This document shows, in pieces, positions 26,731 through 36,477 of a stretch of DNA of 64,000 nucleotides; the first letter of the stretch is position 1, and every line of letters starts with the position of its first letter. Made by a program: the position numbers and the translations under genes. A model generated the notes under the pieces. That model was given only the letters and a program-made list of their open reading frames with translations. It did no database searches and was not told the origin of the DNA. The stretch spans positions 6,528,001 through 6,592,000 of the forward strand of contig CBDDPY010000002.1 of the NCBI GenBank assembly GCA_965232515.1. Direction: 5' to 3'. Source of the DNA: Alphaproteobacteria bacterium (GTDB lineage: Bacteria > Pseudomonadota > Alphaproteobacteria > GCA-2731375).

Positions 26731-27894
26731 CTAGTTAATTGAACGCGCTGCCGAAAACAACGAGTCATATCGGTCGAACATTCGGGCTTGGGCGAAGTCC
26801 TCGAGCGCCCGGGCGCGGTTGGCCAGCCCCAGCCGTCGGCGCTCGTCCGGCGCGTCCAACAGCCTCTCCAATGCATCCGCCAGGCCGGCCTCGTCTTCCT
26901 TCGCCACGATATAGGGCTGATTCTCGGCCGCGACGATCGCCCTGACATCGCCGACGTCGACGCCGGCCACGGGCCGCGCCGCCGCCATGGCCTCCAGGAC
27001 CGACAGCGGCATTTGCTCGGTATCGGACGAGATGGCGAACACGTCGAGCAGTCCCAACAGCTTGTCCGGCGGCTGATGGCCGAGGAAATGCACCCGGTCC
27101 GTCAGGCCCATCTTCCGGCTCAGCGCCATCAGACGGTCCTTCTCGCCGCCGTCCCCGGCGATGACGAGCCGGGCGCGCGGTCTGGTGCGTTGCACTTCCG
27201 CGAACACGCGCAGCAGCCGATCGATGTTCTTTTCCGGCCGCAACGTCGCCACCGTGCCGATCAGCAGCTCGTCGGGCTCGCGGTCGATATCGGTCAGGAT
27301 TCCCGGTTCCGGTGGCTGGGCGAATTTCTCGCAGTCGATACCGTTCGGCAGATAGACGATGTGACCGTCGGAGAACCCCCAGATTCGCGTGGCGATCCGC
27401 TGCAGCGTCAGGGACGGCATGACGATGGCGTCGGCGCGGCGCAGGGCCAGGCGCCGAAGATGAACGCGTCGCCGCAATTGTCCGTCGGCTTCCTCCGGCC
27501 CGAACCCGTCTTCGATGTGGATATGGCGGCAGACCCGCCAGAGGCTGTTGACGAAGGCCCATTCGACGGCGCCCCAGTTATAGGTCACCAGCAGGTCGGG
27601 CCGGATCTCCCGCAGCAGGGCATGAAACCGGAACAGATTGGCCGCGGTCCTGTGCTTCTCGACTTGCAGCGTTTGGAAGGCTGCATCGACCGTCGGTGCC
27701 AGATGGCCGCGGCAATCGTGGTTGTCGTCCATGGCCAGCACGGTGTGACGGTACTTGCCGCCCAGCGCCTCCGTGATCTGACAGAAACGAACCTGCGGTC
27801 CGCCCACGGCGAAGGTGGAAAACACATGCAGGATGTGGACGGGCGATCGTCCCGAGCCGGCCGTCGGCGTTCGAGACTGCCCGGCCGTCGGCAT
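26731..27894 (-). CDS. glycosyltransferase family 4, PEP-CTERM/XrtA-associated type
   Basis: HVFSTFAVGGPQVR, TYNWGAVEW, HIEDGFGPEE, GTVATLRPEKN, SSDTEQMPLSVLEAMA. ATG overlaps the upstream stop (TGATG). Confidence 0.9.
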   Translation of the reverse strand: MPTAGQSRTPTAGSGRSPVHILHVFSTFAVGGPQVRFCQITEALGGKYRHTVLAMDDNHDCRGHLAPTVDAAFQTLQVEKHRTAANLFRFHALLREIRPDLLVTYNWGAVEWAFVNSLWRVCRHIHIEDGFGPEEADGQLRRRVHLRRLALRRADAIVMPSLTLQRIATRIWGFSDGHIVYLPNGIDCEKFAQPPEPGILTDIDREPDELLIGTVATLRPEKNIDRLLRVFAEVQRTRPRARLVIAGDGGEKDRLMALSRKMGLTDRVHFLGHQPPDKLLGLLDVFAISSDTEQMPLSVLEAMAAARPVAGVDVGDVRAIVAAENQPYIVAKEDEAGLADALERLLDAPDERRRLGLANRARALEDFAQARMFDRYDSLFSAARSIN

Positions 27895-30020
27895 CAGTTG
27901 CCGCCGTGCACCCCGATCGCGCGGCTGATGAACGTCTTCCGATCCGCTTCCGGCCGCCAATCGAGATCCCGTTTGATGTCGCTGCAATCGAACCGCGCCG
28001 GCATGCCGCGCGATTTCAGGTCGCGGTAGCTGGGGAAGGGCGCGTCGCGCCTGCCCGTGGCGATCTTCACGCACCACTTGAACAGCTCGACCGCCTGCAG
28101 CCTGGGCAGGTACTGGCCGTGATAGCGCAGCGGCCGGCCCAGCGTGCGGGCGAGCGCGGCGATGTATTGCCGCGCCGTCAGGTCGACATCGCCGACCAGG
28201 TTGTAGCGCTTGCCGGCCGCCTTGTCGGGCGCCGCCAGCGCCAGCGCGATGGCGTCGGCGACGTCCTCGACCAGCACGAAGGGCAGGGGATTGTTGCCCG
28301 CGTTCCAGCCCATGCAATGACGTTCGCGGTTGAAGAAGCCGAGGCCGCTGTGAAATGCCGGGCCGCCGCCGCCGACAACGACGCCCGGCCGGACAATGCA
28401 AACCGGCAGGTCGCGTTCGCGATGCAGCGCCATCAGCGCCGCCTCGCTCGCCGCCTTGGCTTGCGAGTACTCGCCGCGCTGTTCGCTTTCCGGATCGGTG
28501 GGCGTCGCGCCGGTGATCGTCTCTTCGGGGTCGCCCAGATAGAGCGCGGCGATGGTGCTGGCGTGGACAAGCAGATCGACGCCGGCCTCGCGGCAGGCCT
28601 CGGCCACTGTCGTCGAGGAATCGACCATCGAGCGGACGACATCGTCGCCGCTGGCGCCTTGCGCCAGGTTGACCACCAGCTTGGCGTCGCCGATGGCGCG
28701 GCGTACGTCGTCGCGGTCGGCGACGTCGCCGCGAACGACGGCGACATGCGGATCGTCCAACGGCGGCGGCAGAATGGCCGTGCCGCGTGCCAGCACGCAG
28801 ACCTTTTGGCCGTCGCGCAGCAATCGCGCGACCAGGTGACGGCCGATGAACCCGGTCCCGCCCAGCACCGTCACGTCCCAGGTGTCGGTTTTCTCGGCGG
28901 CCGCTGCCGGTGGCGACGGCGCGAACGCCACCTTGCCGGCAATGCGCTCGCACAGGTCCACGATGTCGCCGCCGAATTCGCCGTCGATATCCGTGCCGCC
29001 CGACGGCAGAGCCGCGTAGAAGGCGGCGATGCTGGCTTTCATGCTCTGGAAGAACGCGTCCGACCGGCCTTTCAACTTCAGCGTCGACAGAACATAGCTC
29101 GCCGCGTTGCCGGTGCCCTGCCACAAAAGCGAACCGGCCGCGCCGGCGCCGCTTAGGAAGCCATCGTAAAAGTCAGGCCAGCGGCTCGCTTCCTGAAGGA
29201 CCAGCCGGTCGTTGATCATGTCGGCGGTCGCCGTCCCGTCCTGACAGATCGCGGTGATCTGCCAGGACGGGAAGTCCTGTCCGAAGGACATGAAGAGCTG
29301 CGCCGTCGCCCGCTCGCATTGCAGCGAGACCTGCCAGGTGTCGACGAAGTCGATGCCGGGCGCCAGCTTGCGCGGCGCGCTGGTCAACGCATCCACCTCA
29401 CCGATCGGGCCCGCCAGATGCTGGATCTGCGACAGCGGGTGAACGGCCTGCTCCAGCAGGATGTTCTGCGGCTGCCGGAACATCCAATGGCCGAACTGAC
29501 CGGCCGAAAGCTGTCGCAACGGCATGTTGAACACGACGATCAGGTGATGCAGCCGGCCAAGCCGGCCGGTTTCCAGCACCGTCTGCAGCTTGCGGTGGGC
29601 GCCGTGAAACACGAAGTTCTGGTTCACGCCGAAAACCACGCCGGCCTCGGCGGCCGCGGCGGTCAGGGCCCGGCAGTCCTCGCCGCTGGCCGCCATGGGC
29701 TTTTCGACAAAGACATTCAGTCCGGCCCGCAGCAGCGGCTCCGCGACGGCGCGGTGCAAATCCGGCGGCACCAGCACATGCACCGAATCGCAGAGTTGCG
29801 CCTCGATCAGCTCGTCCGTGTTCGCCAGCACCTTGCCGGCGCGCCACTTCGCGGCGAACGCGCGCGCCTTGTCCTGGTCGGGGTCGACCACGGCGGTCAG
29901 TCGGATTGTCTTGAGGCCACGCAGCGCCTCGGCGTGCGCTTCGGCGATGTTGCCGGCGCCGACCAGGGCGACGCGGTAGGGCGGACGGCTGCCCGTGGCT
30001 GGTTTCGTCATATCGGCCAT
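27894..30020 (-). CDS. fusion of Gfo/Idh/MocA oxidoreductase and NAD-dependent epimerase/dehydratase
   Basis: N-half VGAGNIA...H, VFVEKPMA; C-half VLGGTGFIG, YSQAK (YxxxK), VRPGVVVG. Confidence 0.85.
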   Translation of the reverse strand: MADMTKPATGSRPPYRVALVGAGNIAEAHAEALRGLKTIRLTAVVDPDQDKARAFAAKWRAGKVLANTDELIEAQLCDSVHVLVPPDLHRAVAEPLLRAGLNVFVEKPMAASGEDCRALTAAAAEAGVVFGVNQNFVFHGAHRKLQTVLETGRLGRLHHLIVVFNMPLRQLSAGQFGHWMFRQPQNILLEQAVHPLSQIQHLAGPIGEVDALTSAPRKLAPGIDFVDTWQVSLQCERATAQLFMSFGQDFPSWQITAICQDGTATADMINDRLVLQEASRWPDFYDGFLSGAGAAGSLLWQGTGNAASYVLSTLKLKGRSDAFFQSMKASIAAFYAALPSGGTDIDGEFGGDIVDLCERIAGKVAFAPSPPAAAAEKTDTWDVTVLGGTGFIGRHLVARLLRDGQKVCVLARGTAILPPPLDDPHVAVVRGDVADRDDVRRAIGDAKLVVNLAQGASGDDVVRSMVDSSTTVAEACREAGVDLLVHASTIAALYLGDPEETITGATPTDPESEQRGEYSQAKAASEAALMALHRERDLPVCIVRPGVVVGGGGPAFHSGLGFFNRERHCMGWNAGNNPLPFVLVEDVADAIALALAAPDKAAGKRYNLVGDVDLTARQYIAALARTLGRPLRYHGQYLPRLQAVELFKWCVKIATGRRDAPFPSYRDLKSRGMPARFDCSDIKRDLDWRPEADRKTFISRAIGVHGGN

Positions 30021-30372
30021 GTCAGGTTCGGCTCGGTTCTTTCGTTCGAACGACATACAGCTAAGGTCCGAGCGGTCCCGACTGGGCCGGCGCCGCGAAC
30101 TGATCGCGACGCCGCCGGAAAGGACCTGATGATTCTCAACTTGGCAGGCGTGTGGCCGCTAGATATTAAAACAAAGCTTCCAACACAATGATCTTTCGAA
30201 TAGATGAAGATCGTTCCAATAACCACCCTCCATTGGCGTTGATGCTGCGGGTCCCCTGGGCGCGCACGACGAGCGGTCAGATGAAACAGTCTCCGGTAAG
30301 TATTGGGCCAGGTAGCGCCGTGAACGCGGATCGCCGTTGGCCGGCTCGCAACCGTCAGTCAGGAACCGTTTG

Positions 30373-31698
30373 ATGATCGAGCAGCAACGACAACGGATTG
30401 ACAGCGGCGACTATACCGTCGGTGTCGTCGGCCTGGGCTATGTCGGCCTGCCGTTGACGCAGGCCTTCGTCCGGCAGGGCCTGCCGATCATCGGCTTCGA
30501 TGTCGACGCGGACCGGGTGGCCGAGCTCAATGCCGGCCGCTCATACCTGAAGCATATTCCGAGCGCCGCCATCGAGCGTATTGTCGCCGACGGCCTGTTT
30601 CAGGCAACGACCGATTTCGCGCGGCTGGGCGAGGCCGACGCGGTTCTGCTCTGCATTCCGACGCCGCTCACCCGATATCGCGAACCCGATATGTCCTTCG
30701 TCGAGGCGACGGCGGCGACGGTCGCGGAGCATCTGCGCCCCGGCCATCTGGTGGTGCTCGAATCGACCACCTATCCCGGCACGACCGCCGAACTGGTGAA
30801 ACCCATCCTCGAGGGGAGCGGACTCGTCTGCGGCCGGGACTTCTACCTCGCCTATTCGCCCGAGCGCGAGGATCCGGGGAATATCGACTTCGAGACGTCA
30901 ACCATTCCGAAAGTCGTTGGCGGCCACGATGCCGCCTCCTTCGAGCTGGCAGAGGCGCTCTATAGCCGGATCGTGCCGCAGGTGGTGCCGGTGTCGTCGC
31001 TCGCCACGGCCGAGGCCGTGAAGCTGACCGAGAATATCTTCCGCGCCGTGAATATCGCGCTGGTCAATGAATTGAAGGTCGTTTTCGACAGCATGGATAT
31101 CGATGTTTGGGAGGTCATCGAGGCGGCGAAAAGCAAGCCTTTCGGCTACATGCCGTTCTACCCGGGCCCCGGACTCGGCGGCCATTGCATCCCGATCGAC
31201 CCGTTCTATCTGACCTGGAAGGCGCGCGAATACGACGTCGCGACCCGCTTCATCGAGCTGGCCGGCGAGGTCAATACCGGCATGCCGGCCTACGTCGTCG
31301 ACCGGCTGGCGACGGCCCTCGACATGAAGTTCTCGACCCCGCTGAACGGCGCGCGGATCCTGGTGCTGGGGTTGGCCTACAAGAAGAACGTCGACGACAC
31401 GCGTGAAAGCCCCGCCTTTCGGATCATCGCCACGTTGGAGGCGCGCGGCGTGAAGGTCGACTACTACGACCCGCATGTCGCCGAAATCCCGAGAACGCGC
31501 GAGCATCCGACGCTGGCCGGGCGGCAGGGCATCGCCTGGTCGGCGGAGGCCCTGCGCGACTATGACGCGGCGCTGATCTGCACCGATCATGACGATGTCG
31601 ACTACGCCGCGCTTGTCGAAAACTGCCGTTTGGTTGTCGATACCCGCAATGCCACCCACCCCTGGCGCGAAGGGCGGTCCAATGTGGTGATGGCGTGA
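30373..31698 (+). CDS. UDP-N-acetyl-D-hexosamine dehydrogenase (WbpA/WecC family)
   Basis: VVGLGYVGLPL, CIPTPL, LESTTYPGTT, SPEREDPGN, PGPGLGGHCIPIDP, GLAYKKNVDDTRESP. Confidence 0.92.
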   Translation: MIEQQRQRIDSGDYTVGVVGLGYVGLPLTQAFVRQGLPIIGFDVDADRVAELNAGRSYLKHIPSAAIERIVADGLFQATTDFARLGEADAVLLCIPTPLTRYREPDMSFVEATAATVAEHLRPGHLVVLESTTYPGTTAELVKPILEGSGLVCGRDFYLAYSPEREDPGNIDFETSTIPKVVGGHDAASFELAEALYSRIVPQVVPVSSLATAEAVKLTENIFRAVNIALVNELKVVFDSMDIDVWEVIEAAKSKPFGYMPFYPGPGLGGHCIPIDPFYLTWKAREYDVATRFIELAGEVNTGMPAYVVDRLATALDMKFSTPLNGARILVLGLAYKKNVDDTRESPAFRIIATLEARGVKVDYYDPHVAEIPRTREHPTLAGRQGIAWSAEALRDYDAALICTDHDDVDYAALVENCRLVVDTRNATHPWREGRSNVVMA

Positions 31699-31789
31699 AT
31701 TGTGCATTGATCTTCGAAATCCGAACCAACGAACCCAAGGCCTGTCGCGAAATCGCACAGCCCGGGTCAGATAGTGAAACGGCGAGAAG

Positions 31790-33106
31790 ATGAGAGTTTC
31801 GATTTTCGGTATGGGCTATGTCGGCGCCGTATCGGCCGCCTGCTTCGCCAAGCTCGGCCACGACGTCATCGGCGTCGATGTCGATCCGCGCAAGCTCGAG
31901 ATGTTGCGGGCAGGGACGTCGCCGATCGTCGAAGACGACATCGACGACCTGGTCAAGCAGGGCGTCGACAGCGGTCGCCTACGGGTCTCGAGCGATACCG
32001 CCGAGGCGGTCGCCGATACCGATGTCACGCTGATATCCGTCGGCACGCCGAGCGCGCGCAGCGGCGCGCCCTCGCTCAATGCCATTGACGCGGTCAGCCG
32101 CGATATCGGCTTGGCGTTGCGCGACAAGACCGCGCCGCACGTTGTCGTTGCCCGCAGCACCATCCCGCCGGGCACGACCGAAGATCGCATCGCCCCGGCT
32201 CTGGTCGAGCACTCCGGCCGGGCGCTCGGCGACGGGCTCGACGTCTGCTTCAACCCGGCATTCCTGCGCGAGGGCCGATCGGTCCGGGACTTTCACGAGC
32301 CGCCGTTCACGATCATCGGCGCAGACACCGACGCCGCCTTCGATGCCGTCGAAGCGCTCTATCGGGGTGTCGACGCGCCTGTCGTCCGCACCAGCTTTCG
32401 CATCGCCGAAACGGTCAAGTATCTCTGCAACGTCTACCACGCCTTGAAGATCGCCTTTGCCAACGAAGCCGGCTCGCTGTTGAAGTCGCTCGGCATGGAC
32501 GGACGCGAGGCAATGGAGATCTTCTGCCGCGACACCGAGCTGAACATCTCGCCGGCCTATCTGCGTCCCGGCTATGCCTTCGGCGGTTCCTGCCTGCCGA
32601 AGGATCTGCGCGGGCTGCTTGCCTTTGCCCGCGAGGCCGAGCTGCAGTTGCCGCTGCTGGGCCAGGTGTTGGCCAGCAACGACGCCCACATCGACCGGGC
32701 GTTCGACATGGTCACCCGCCGCGGGCGGCGCAAGGTGGCGCTGTTCGGTCTCGCCTTCAAGCCGGGCACCGACGACCTGCGGGAATCGCCGCTGGTGACG
32801 CTGGCCGAGCGGCTGATTGGCAAGGGTTACGAGTTGGCGATTCACGATCCGCATGTCGAGACCAGCCGCCTGATGGGCGCCAACCGGGATTTCATCGACC
32901 GGGAAATTCCCCACGTCGAGCGGATGCTGGTCGCCGATCCCGCAGCGGCGCTCGCCGGCGCCGGAACGATTGTTGTCGGCCATGCCGATCGGCAGGCCAT
33001 CGACGCGATTGCCGCCGACCATAACGGCCGCACGATCGTCGACCTGCAAGGCGTCAAGGATCTCGAGTCCCTGGACGGCGCCGATTACGAAGGCGTTTGC
33101 TGGTGA
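31790..33106 (+). CDS. GDP-mannose/UDP-glucose 6-dehydrogenase family protein (AlgD-like)
   Basis: IFGMGYVGAV, VGTPS, RSTIPPGTT, LNISPAYLRPGYAFGGSCLPKD, GLAFKPGTDDLRESP. The conserved NPEFLRE reads NPAFLRE. Confidence 0.9.
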   Translation: MRVSIFGMGYVGAVSAACFAKLGHDVIGVDVDPRKLEMLRAGTSPIVEDDIDDLVKQGVDSGRLRVSSDTAEAVADTDVTLISVGTPSARSGAPSLNAIDAVSRDIGLALRDKTAPHVVVARSTIPPGTTEDRIAPALVEHSGRALGDGLDVCFNPAFLREGRSVRDFHEPPFTIIGADTDAAFDAVEALYRGVDAPVVRTSFRIAETVKYLCNVYHALKIAFANEAGSLLKSLGMDGREAMEIFCRDTELNISPAYLRPGYAFGGSCLPKDLRGLLAFAREAELQLPLLGQVLASNDAHIDRAFDMVTRRGRRKVALFGLAFKPGTDDLRESPLVTLAERLIGKGYELAIHDPHVETSRLMGANRDFIDREIPHVERMLVADPAAALAGAGTIVVGHADRQAIDAIAADHNGRTIVDLQGVKDLESLDGADYEGVCW

Positions 33107-34404
33107 CCGCACGCCCGCGGCTGCTGTTTATTTCACCGCAGTTCCTGTTTCCGACCGACGCCGGCGGCAAGATCCGCACCACCAATGTCCTGCGGGGCAT
33201 GAAGGGTGGCAGCTTCGAGATCACGCTGGCCTCGCCGGCCCAACCCGATGAGGCGGCGCGTCACGCCGACGATCTGGCGGCCGTCTGCGACCGGTTTGTC
33301 GATTGGCCGTTTCATCGCCAAGGCAAGTCGTTCGGCTTGCGGCGGCTGTCGTTCTTGTTGTCGTCCCTGCCTGTCGCGGTGGCCTGCGACCGTTCCGCCG
33401 CCGGCATGGCGGCGATCCGGGCCGAGCTGTCGCGTGGATACGATCTGGTTGTCACCGACTTCGTGCACGCGGCCGTGCTGACGCCACCCGAACTGTCGGC
33501 CGCGTCGGTACTGTTCACCCACAATGTCGAGGCCGAGATCTTCGCCCGGCATGTGGATGTTGCCGACAATCCTGTCAGCCGCGCGGTCTGGCGCGACCAG
33601 TGGCGCAAGATGAAGCGGTTCGAGCAGTCGGCGTTGCGGCGGTTCGATACCGTGATCGCGGTCTCGGAACGCGATGCCGCGCAGTTCCGGGAACACTATG
33701 GCGTGTCGTCGGTGGAGCCGATCCCGACGGCCGTGGACCTGGACTTCTTCGATTTCCGGGCGCCGCCGGACGGTCCGCCCCAGGGCGGCACCATCGTCTT
33801 CACCGGATCGATGAACTGGGCCGCCAATATCGATGGCATCGAGTTCTTCATGGACTCGATCTGGCCGGCGATTGCGCAGGCAGCACCGGCGGCGAACGTC
33901 GTCGTGGTCGGCCGCAATCCGCCGACCCATCTGGTCGAGCGGGCGAACAAGCGCGGCTTGCCCTGGACCTTCACGGGTTTCGTCGACGACATCAGGCCCT
34001 ATGTGCACGACGCGCAGGTCTATGCCATTCCGCTGCGGGTTGGTGGCGGCACCCGGATCAAGGTCTACGAAGCCATGGCCATGGGATGCCCGGTGGTCTC
34101 GACCACGATCGGCGTGGAGGGGCTGCCGCTCGATGACGGTCGGCACTACACCTGCGCCGATACGGCCGATGCCTTCGCCGCCGAAGTGCTGCGTCTGCTG
34201 GCCGACGCGGACTTGCGCCAACGCTTGGCGACGACCGCGCGGGCCTATGTCGAGGAGAACTTCAGCGCGCCCGGCGTCGCCCGCATTTTCGAGCGCATCT
34301 GCGAACAGACCATGGAGCTTCGGCGTATCAGCGCGGGTGGCGGCGCAGCAGATCTTTTAGCGCCGGGCCTAGCAGGTGCCGCGCGGCGGCAGCCAGACCT
34401 CTGA
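33103..34404 (+). CDS. glycosyltransferase family 4
   Basis: PTDAGGKIRT, FTHNVEAEI, FTGSMNWAANIDG, PLRVGGGTRIKVYEAMAMG. GTGA overlap with the upstream stop. Confidence 0.9.
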   Translation: MTARPRLLFISPQFLFPTDAGGKIRTTNVLRGMKGGSFEITLASPAQPDEAARHADDLAAVCDRFVDWPFHRQGKSFGLRRLSFLLSSLPVAVACDRSAAGMAAIRAELSRGYDLVVTDFVHAAVLTPPELSAASVLFTHNVEAEIFARHVDVADNPVSRAVWRDQWRKMKRFEQSALRRFDTVIAVSERDAAQFREHYGVSSVEPIPTAVDLDFFDFRAPPDGPPQGGTIVFTGSMNWAANIDGIEFFMDSIWPAIAQAAPAANVVVVGRNPPTHLVERANKRGLPWTFTGFVDDIRPYVHDAQVYAIPLRVGGGTRIKVYEAMAMGCPVVSTTIGVEGLPLDDGRHYTCADTADAFAAEVLRLLADADLRQRLATTARAYVEENFSAPGVARIFERICEQTMELRRISAGGGAADLLAPGLAGAARRQPDL

Positions 34405-35542
34405 ACCGACGGGGATTGCACGCCAGGATACCCCAGCGCTCGCGGCGCTCGGACAGCCAGTCCTGCTTGTAGCCGTCGTCGCCGCGGCCGAAATCGACTT
34501 CCGCCACGCGGTCGACCTCCAAGGCATGCCGCATCATCCGTGCCGTCAGCACAGTGCCAAGCGAAAGCCGGCGGTACCGCTCGACGTAGGCCAGCTTGAA
34601 GATGGTTGAACGACCCTCGTGGGTCAGCCAGATTTGCGCCGCCGCGGGTGCGCCGTCCAGATGGCAGATCCCCAAACGCAGCACGCCGTTGGCCGCCGCA
34701 TGTCGCGCCAAACCTGGCGTGAACTCGGGGAACGGCTCCGCCGTCTTCCAGCTCGCCGCGTAAATCGCATCGTAGCTCGCCATCGCCGTATCGAGCTCGG
34801 CCGGCGTCTGACAGATGTCGACGCGGACGTCGTGGGCTTTCGCCAGTTGCCGCTGCTTGCGCAAGATCGTGTTGCGCAGGCGCGACGGCCGCCGCGCGAG
34901 ATAGTCGTCAAAGCTCAGCTCGGCGACATCTTCGAACCAGTTACCGAAGTGGAAGTACGGCCGCGACGGCCAGCCGCGTGCGCGGATCGCCGCGACCAGC
35001 GCGTCGAAAAGCGGCGCCTCGCGGGGCAGGGTATCGAGCTGCAGGACGTCCGGCTTGCTGGCATCCGTCGTCATCGCGTCGACCAACTGACGGCACGCCC
35101 GCGCGATGTCGACGCCGGGTCGCGTCAGGGCCTCGAAGCTGCAGGAATAAAAGTTCGTCAGGCCCGAGATCGCCCGGGCGCCGGGAAACAGATTCGATGC
35201 GGTATGGCGCTTGGCCGGCAGGGCCGCAAATGTGGTCCCGTCGGCCTCCCTCGCGCTGAAGACCACAGCGTCTTCGCCGGCCGCCAGGCAGGTCTCGGAC
35301 AGGTTCCGAAACCAGTCGGGATGCGCATAGTAGGTGGGCGCGGCACACTGCGCGAAGAGCGGCGCATAGACGGATGCCAACGCCGTCAAATCATCCTGTG
35401 GCGTCGTTCCCGGCGGAGATGGCGGGTGCGGACTCGCGTTGCTGGAAATCAATTCGTCGTCGTCCGCTGCCGATTGCAATCGCGCCAGCTCGGTCAGGTA
35501 ACGCCATCGGGTGCGGCCGGCACGGCTGGCCCGGATACGCAA
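34328..35542 (-). CDS. GNAT-fold acyltransferase (CelD/BcsL-like); true start probably downstream of 35542
   Basis: GLTNFYSC, YFHFGNW, YLARRPSRLRNTI.RK, YAASWK..EPFPEF, AAAQIW, FKLAY, VDFGRGDDGYKQDW. Confidence 0.82.
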   Translation of the reverse strand: MRIRASRAGRTRWRYLTELARLQSAADDDELISSNASPHPPSPPGTTPQDDLTALASVYAPLFAQCAAPTYYAHPDWFRNLSETCLAAGEDAVVFSAREADGTTFAALPAKRHTASNLFPGARAISGLTNFYSCSFEALTRPGVDIARACRQLVDAMTTDASKPDVLQLDTLPREAPLFDALVAAIRARGWPSRPYFHFGNWFEDVAELSFDDYLARRPSRLRNTILRKQRQLAKAHDVRVDICQTPAELDTAMASYDAIYAASWKTAEPFPEFTPGLARHAAANGVLRLGICHLDGAPAAAQIWLTHEGRSTIFKLAYVERYRRLSLGTVLTARMMRHALEVDRVAEVDFGRGDDGYKQDWLSERRERWGILACNPRRFRGLAAAARHLLGPALKDLLRRHPR

Positions 35543-35708
35543 ATATCGCCTGACAAACGCGATTTAAGAGGTTAAACAATTGCTTAGTTCAAAGCACATA
35601 GGTTGCGGTGTTGGCAAGTTGCTGTTGGTCGACCGGTCACCCGATCGCTGACGCGTTGGCATCGGCATCTATTGCGCAAAACTTAATGCGACCTCGAGGT
35701 AGGGGGCG

Positions 35709-36329
35709 ATGACGAAAACTTCTTTCTTCTCTGGCCGTGGCCTGGTGCTGGCGGCGGTCGTTATGTTGGTCGCGGCCTGTTCGGGCCGGGAATTGGCGCC
35801 AACGATCACCGAAGAGCAGGCGACGCCCGATTATCTGATCGGCGCTGGCGACAACTTGAGCGTTTTCGTCTGGCGCAACCCGGAGTTGGGCATTTCGCTA
35901 CCCGTGCGGCCGGACGGAAAGATTTCCTCGCCGCTGATCGAGGACCTGCAGGCGGCCGGCAAGACGCCGACGCAGCTGGCTCGGGATATCGAGGAGGAGC
36001 TCAAGAAGTTCATCCAGGACCCGATCGTCACCGTTATCGTGACCGGCTTTGTCGGTCCCTTCGACCAGCAGGTGCGCGTCGTGGGCGAGGCGGCCCAACC
36101 GGCGGCCATTCCCTATCGGGACGACATGACCGTCCTTGACGTCATGATCTCCGTTGGCGGTCTGACCCAGTTCGCCGCCGGCAATCGGACCGTGGTCGTG
36201 CGGCAGATCGAAGGCCAGAACAAGAGCTTCCGGGTGCGGCTGGACGACCTGTTGAAGGACGGCGATGTCAGCGCGAATGTGGAAATGCTGCCCGGCGACG
36301 TGGTGATCGTGCCCCAGAGCTTTTTCTAA
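35709..36329 (+). CDS. polysaccharide export lipoprotein (Wza-like), XrtA/PEP-CTERM system
   Basis: Lipobox VAAC, YLIGAGDNLSVFVWRNPEL, VRPDGKIS.PL, GGLTQFAAGN, PQSFF end. Confidence 0.92.
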   Translation: MTKTSFFSGRGLVLAAVVMLVAACSGRELAPTITEEQATPDYLIGAGDNLSVFVWRNPELGISLPVRPDGKISSPLIEDLQAAGKTPTQLARDIEEELKKFIQDPIVTVIVTGFVGPFDQQVRVVGEAAQPAAIPYRDDMTVLDVMISVGGLTQFAAGNRTVVVRQIEGQNKSFRVRLDDLLKDGDVSANVEMLPGDVVIVPQSFF

Positions 36330-36383
36330 AAGCGCTTAAAGACATCATTTATGTGTGTGCGGTAGCGTGATCACTTTGTGTGA

Positions 36384-36399
36384 TGTGATTGCTGTCACA
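36384..36399. promoter_or_regulatory. CRP-family consensus box TGTGA-N6-TCACA
   Basis: tgtga-ttgctg-tcaca, an exact core match in the AT-rich intergenic gap; a -10-like TATAAG lies at 36423-36428. Confidence 0.6.
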
Positions 36400-36477
36400 T
36401 TAATGCCTAACTGACTTTGGATTATAAGTTCCCTTTCCGGCGCCGGCCGGACCGAACCGATCCAAGGAAAGATTGAG

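Noticed and set aside
26731-29124. 797-aa ORF suggesting a giant glycosyltransferase
   Set aside because: The N-terminal 410 codons are Arg-rich shadow sequence over the Gfo-epimerase gene; the real start is at 27894.
30140-30250. GG-N10-GC matches (tggcaggcgtgtggcc, tggcgttgatgctgcg) upstream of the WbpA-like gene
   Set aside because: Poor match to TGGCAC-N5-TTGC beyond the dinucleotides; expected by chance at this GC content.
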